Shown: positions 60,161 through 64,000 of the stretch, piece after piece
How the letters are laid out: each line of letters starts with the position of its first letter
How positions within the stretch are numbered: position 1 is the stretch's first letter
Assembly: GCA_016178015.1 (NCBI GenBank)
Contig: JACOUB010000058.1
Span: 17,395-81,394, forward strand
Length of the DNA stretch: 64,000 nt
Direction of reading: 5' to 3'
DNA from: Methylocystis sp.
GTDB lineage: Bacteria; Pseudomonadota; Alphaproteobacteria; Rhizobiales; Beijerinckiaceae
Translations under genes and position numbers: made by a program
Notes under the pieces: generated by a model
What the model saw: the letters and a program-made list of their open reading frames with translations, nothing else
The model's database searches: none
What the model was told of the DNA's origin: nothing

Positions 60161-60447
60161 CGCCGCTTCCCGATGCACGTCCTGCCGAATGGCTTCCATC
60201 GCATTCGCCACTACGGGCTCCTGGCCAACGGTAGCCGCGCGGACAACCTCGCCAAAGCGCGCGCGTTGCTGAACGTTCCGAAGCCGGACACGATCCCGGA
60301 CGATCCCAAATCTTCTGACGCAGCCGAGCTTCCGACACTCTCGCGTCCATGCTCATGCTGCGGCGGCCGCATGCTCATCATCGAGACATTCGCGCGAGGA
60401 TGCGAGCCGAAGTACCGGCCGGCCGCCGCGCGTCTCGTGATCAGGAT
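60161..60447 (+). pseudogene. IS91-family transposase C-terminal remnant
   Basis: RRF.MHVLPNGFHRIRHYGLLAN, PCSCCGGRM.IIETFARG; ends at ...IRI where it joins an att-like sequence. Confidence 0.85.
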
Positions 60448-60462
60448 CCTTCGATTGTCTCC

Positions 60463-61700
60463 TAGTGGCCCGAGTCATTCAAACCGAGCGTATAGCCTTT
60501 TTAGCTTAACGCGGGCGTTTGCGGTTGTGAATTGCCAGTCGGCCTTGGCGTGATGTTTGTTGCGGTTGTCCTGCCAGGCCGCGACCTCCTCGATCAGTTT
60601 CGACTTGTCGGGAATGCGGCGATCCAGACATTGGGCTGCGAGAACGCCGAGTTCGGACTCCGCCATGTCGAGCCAACTGCCGTGCTTTGGCGTGTAATGC
60701 CATTCGAACCGCTCGCTCAGCCGGCGCGCTTCGGCGGCGGGGAAGGCCGCGTAAAGCGACGCCGCCGTGTGCGTCGAGAGATTGTCCTGCACCAGCACGA
60801 TCTTCGCGGCGCCAGGAAAATGCGTGTCGGACAAATCCTTGAGCGCATGAGCGTAATCGACCGCGGCGTGGCGATCGGTGACCTTGACGCGACGCCAGCC
60901 TTCCAGTGGCGCGAACATCATGAACAGATTGGCCACGCCATTGCGTTCGTATTCGTAATCATGGCGCGCCTTGCGCCCCGGCGCGGCGGGAATAGGAGCG
61001 CGCGTCTCGATGATCATTTGCTTCGAGGTCTCGTCGAGACACACGACGGGCCACTGCGGATCGCGTGGTCGTTGATAGACTTCCAGCACGTCTTCCATAT
61101 TGGCGACGAAGCCCGCGCTAGCTTGCGGCGCGATCACCCATTGCGGCTCGAGATGCGGCTCGAGAATGTTTTTTTGAGCGTCCGCCCGATCGTGTTGTCG
61201 CTGGCTTTCTCGACGATGTTCAGTTCGACGACTTTCTCTTCGAGCAGGCTCAGAGTCCATCTGGCGTAGCCCGCCGGAGCAGGCCCACATGTCAGCGCGA
61301 TCAGTTCTGCTTCCGCCGCGCCGTCGAAAATCCGCGGCCGGGCGGAGTTCGGATTGTATTTGCGGGTCAGGACCGCCTCGAACCCCTCCTCGACCAATTG
61401 CCGTCTCGTCCGCTCGATATTGGCGACGCTGGTGTCCAGAGCCTCGGCGATCCGGCTGTCGCTCCAGCCTTCGCCCGCCTCCGACACATCCGCCTTCAAG
61501 GATGCGCGCCTTCTTCAGCAACTGCGCCGAACGCCTGCCCGCGCGGATCAAAGCCGCAAGTTGCGCGCGCTCGTCCGCGCTCAGACGCACCACGTACTTC
61601 TTGACGGCAATCTCTTTCCCGGCCACGAATCACCTCCATCGCTGCTTCGCAGCGACAGTGATTCAGAAGTTCCCGTCAGGATCAATGACGTGAGCTACTA
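60463..61700 (-). mobile_element. IS630-family insertion sequence
   Basis: TA at both ends (CTAG target); imperfect TIRs TAGTGGCCCGAGTCATT / TAGTAGCTCACGTCATT. Confidence 0.92.
60475..61626 (-). pseudogene. IS630 transposase, probably frameshift-damaged
   Basis: DDE region intact (VCLDETSKQ, VQDNLSTH, SWLDMAESE). HTH region lies in another frame from about 61499. A7 slippery run at 61169-61175. Confidence 0.8.
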
Positions 61701-61800
61701 GCCTCATACGCGATTGGTTTTGCGTAGCTTTTTTCTGCGTCAGCATTCCGATACCGTCAAACATACCGTCAGAAAACTATGCTGCTGAAAAGATTGACTT
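61701..61800. mobile_element. Second att-like end (right part; left part at 60451-60465)
   Basis: TACCGTCA-N4-TACCGTCA at 61752-61771, at the same spacing from CTAG as at the first end. Confidence 0.75.
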
Positions 61801-61924
61801 ATTTTTCCAACCTCGCCGCAAGCATCTTTCCTAGTCTATCGCTTTCCAGATTTCGCGAAATACGCGGGCGACGACATAGCGATCAGCGGACGATCACGCG
61901 GCGAGCGTCGTTCAATTGTGAGGT

Positions 61925-64000
61925 TCATGCAACCAGCGACTCACGTCTCAATTCGTGAATTTGTGCGTCGGGAACAATGTGTCGGGCCGCTTCGATCACG
62001 TAGTCGTGGTGCGTGAACAGGATTACTTGGGTATGACGCGCGAGCTCCGCTAGATACCGAATGCCCGCCTCAGTGCGCACTGCATCCGACGAAGCGAACA
62101 AGTCATCGGCAAGAAAGGGCATCGGCTCGGAGTCGCGAGCACGCAGCTCTAGTGCGGCGATCCGGAGTGCTAGCCAGAGCTGGTCGCGCGTACCCTCGCT
62201 CATCGCCTCCACACGACACGCGACGCCGTTGGCGCGCAGTGCGATCAGACGCGGATCGTTCGGCTTTTGATAGTCAACATCGAGCTTATTGAAGTCGTCC
62301 GGCGGCTGACTGCCAGCGATCGAAATAAAGATTTCGTTGGCACGCGTGACAAGCGGGCCCTCGTTGGCCTGGCGATAGCTCTCAACTGCCTTGTCGAGCA
62401 GGGCCGCCGCAGTTGTGAGTCGCATCCAACGCTGCGTAAGCATACTGACCTGCGCCGCCTCGTTGCGCGCTGTATGGGTTGCAGTCAGGTAGCCCTCCCG
62501 GCCTTTTAGCTGCTCTAGCGCTCGCAGCGCCTGCTCCCGCACGCGGACGGCCTCCTCCAAGTCTGTGTCGAGCCGGATACGGTCGGTCGCATTGAGATTA
62601 ATCGCTTCGCGAAGCTGGTCGCGATCGGCAGCGGCCAATTCGCTGCGCAAGCCTTCCTCGGCGATGCCCTCGCCGGCCTCAACGAGCTTCCTGAGCTCTG
62701 TCTCAATTCCGTCGGCAAGCAGGCGCTTACGGTCACTGCTGGCGATCGTCACGATCACATCCTCATCAGCCGTAAGGTGAACCTCGTTCCTGAGCCGCAC
62801 GCAGGCAGCATCAGCGAGGCTTTGGTCCTCGTCGGCTGTTTTCGCGGTCTCCCGGGCGTCGATCAGATTTTTTTCGGCTGTTTTAATTTCTTGGGCGAGG
62901 CCCTTCGCGACCTGCAGGGCCCTGTACAGCGCAGCTGGCCATGCATGCCATTCGCCACCTGGATTGAGATTCGCGACTACCTCAGCGCCGAGCGTCTCCA
63001 GCACTGCATCGACAGCATCCCGATGGCTTTTGATATCTTCTCGGATGCCCTTCAGCAGGCGCTGTGCCTCCGCGCGTCGACCGACTTCCTTAGCGAACAG
63101 ATCCCATATCCCGAGGATGGCAGTCGCTTCCTCTGGCGTAGACCCGGGCGCCAAATTGATGGTTGGCATCTCCGTGACCCAGCGCGCGCGCCACTCAGCC
63201 AAGCGCTGCTCCGCGGTGATGACGGCATCGTCAGCACGCTGATATTCTTTGGTTCGGCGTAAGATCGCGCCGCGTAGCTGACCGGCCTTCGTCCAACGTT
63301 CAGTCGATCGCGTAACAGCCAGATTCACCCGTTGCTCCGCGACCTCCGAATCATCGCCCGCCGCCACCGGTGCACCAACCAGCACCGCAGCCCGCTGAAG
63401 ATGCGCCCACGCCGTTTCGAAAATCGCCCTCGCTTGATCTCGCTCCGCTTCGGCCGCTCGGCGGGCATCGATCCCCTCAAGGATTTTATCCTTCCGCCCG
63501 AGCCAAGTGAGCATGAGTTCGGGTGCGTCGATTTCACCGGCGAACCCCGTTCCAGCCCACAGCTCTCGCCAAGCCTTCTCGTCAGCCCCTTGGCGAGCAA
63601 CGGCATCATCTTGCGCTTTTCGGGCCAAGCCGAGCGCCTGATCGAGACGCGAGCGCTCGATTTCGATACGTTTCTGTTGCGCCAGCAGTTCGGCGCCTTC
63701 GACCCGGTGATCAACGAGATCATCCGCGGCGCGCAAGAGCCCCTCGTAGCCGTCAAGCGTGTTGAACGGGCTTAGCCTCCCTGCCGCCGTATCGTGGCGA
63801 ATGGCTATCCAGCTCTCGTCTCGCTCGCCCCTTGCCAAACGCACCGCATTGGACGTCGGAACGGCAGCTCCCAAGCTAAGATCCTCAAGGTCATTCTTGT
63901 GGCGTTCGATTTGGGCTTCCAGATCTGCGATGCGCTTGTCAGCAGCGTCCACGGCTCCGACGCTCCTATCAAGTTTGACCTTCGCCGCCCGAACCGCGTC
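61925..64000 (-). CDS. YhaN-like AAA/SMC-type ATPase, C-terminal part; start lies outside the window
   Basis: Long coiled coil; MSEGTRDQLWLALRIA, PFLADDLF, TQVILFTHH; frame open to position 64000. Confidence 0.88.
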   Translation of the reverse strand, partial: DAVRAAKVKLDRSVGAVDAADKRIADLEAQIERHKNDLEDLSLGAAVPTSNAVRLARGERDESWIAIRHDTAAGRLSPFNTLDGYEGLLRAADDLVDHRVEGAELLAQQKRIEIERSRLDQALGLARKAQDDAVARQGADEKAWRELWAGTGFAGEIDAPELMLTWLGRKDKILEGIDARRAAEAERDQARAIFETAWAHLQRAAVLVGAPVAAGDDSEVAEQRVNLAVTRSTERWTKAGQLRGAILRRTKEYQRADDAVITAEQRLAEWRARWVTEMPTINLAPGSTPEEATAILGIWDLFAKEVGRRAEAQRLLKGIREDIKSHRDAVDAVLETLGAEVVANLNPGGEWHAWPAALYRALQVAKGLAQEIKTAEKNLIDARETAKTADEDQSLADAACVRLRNEVHLTADEDVIVTIASSDRKRLLADGIETELRKLVEAGEGIAEEGLRSELAAADRDQLREAINLNATDRIRLDTDLEEAVRVREQALRALEQLKGREGYLTATHTARNEAAQVSMLTQRWMRLTTAAALLDKAVESYRQANEGPLVTRANEIFISIAGSQPPDDFNKLDVDYQKPNDPRLIALRANGVACRVEAMSEGTRDQLWLALRIAALELRARDSEPMPFLADDLFASSDAVRTEAGIRYLAELARHTQVILFTHHDYVIEAARHIVPDAQIHELRRESLVA

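Larger units (their letters stand above)
55121..64000. mobile_element. Integrated genomic island(s) extending beyond the window
   Basis: att-like ends, IS630, IS91 remnant, TA/defence-type cargo, no core genes. Confidence 0.75.

Noticed and set aside
61703-61716. CTCATACGCGATTG as a second degenerate guaA core
   Set aside because: Spacing to the arm repeats does not match; the sequence left of IS630 (60451-60465) aligns far better

Overview
64 kb of a GC-rich alphaproteobacterial chromosome (Hyphomicrobiales; the protein style suggests Methylocystis or a relative, which is inference only). Roughly 1-55,100 is core genome: gltA, gltX, rpsD, TPP-riboswitch thiC, mrp, pdhABC, ftsB, popZ-tolC-pcm, rrf2/tauE/cysK, pyrB, nadA-DUF4202-nadB-nadC, nfuA-tsaB-rimI-miaB-phoH-ybeY-corC-lnt and hopanoid genes hpnA/hpnLIJK. 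This core is interrupted by several toxin-antitoxin modules, at least five families of short palindromic repeats, and two antisense cassettes: a cobalamin-riboswitch OprB-family porin with a TonB-receptor-like N-terminus, and an orphan MNT plus GIY-YIG/T5orf172 nuclease inside the nad operon. From about 55,120 to the window end is an integrated island. It has a guaA-type att core, two homologous integrase-arm-like ends (one split by IS630), HTH-HipA, an RloC/Rad50-like ATPase, an IS91 remnant and a partial YhaN-like ATPase. Other oddities: a PDH E2 with no lipoyl domain, a palindromic heptamer repeat translated in frame inside nadB, and probable non-AUG starts for miaB and hpnK. All assignments come from motif recognition by eye; no database search was run. 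No tRNA, rRNA or CRISPR array was seen.
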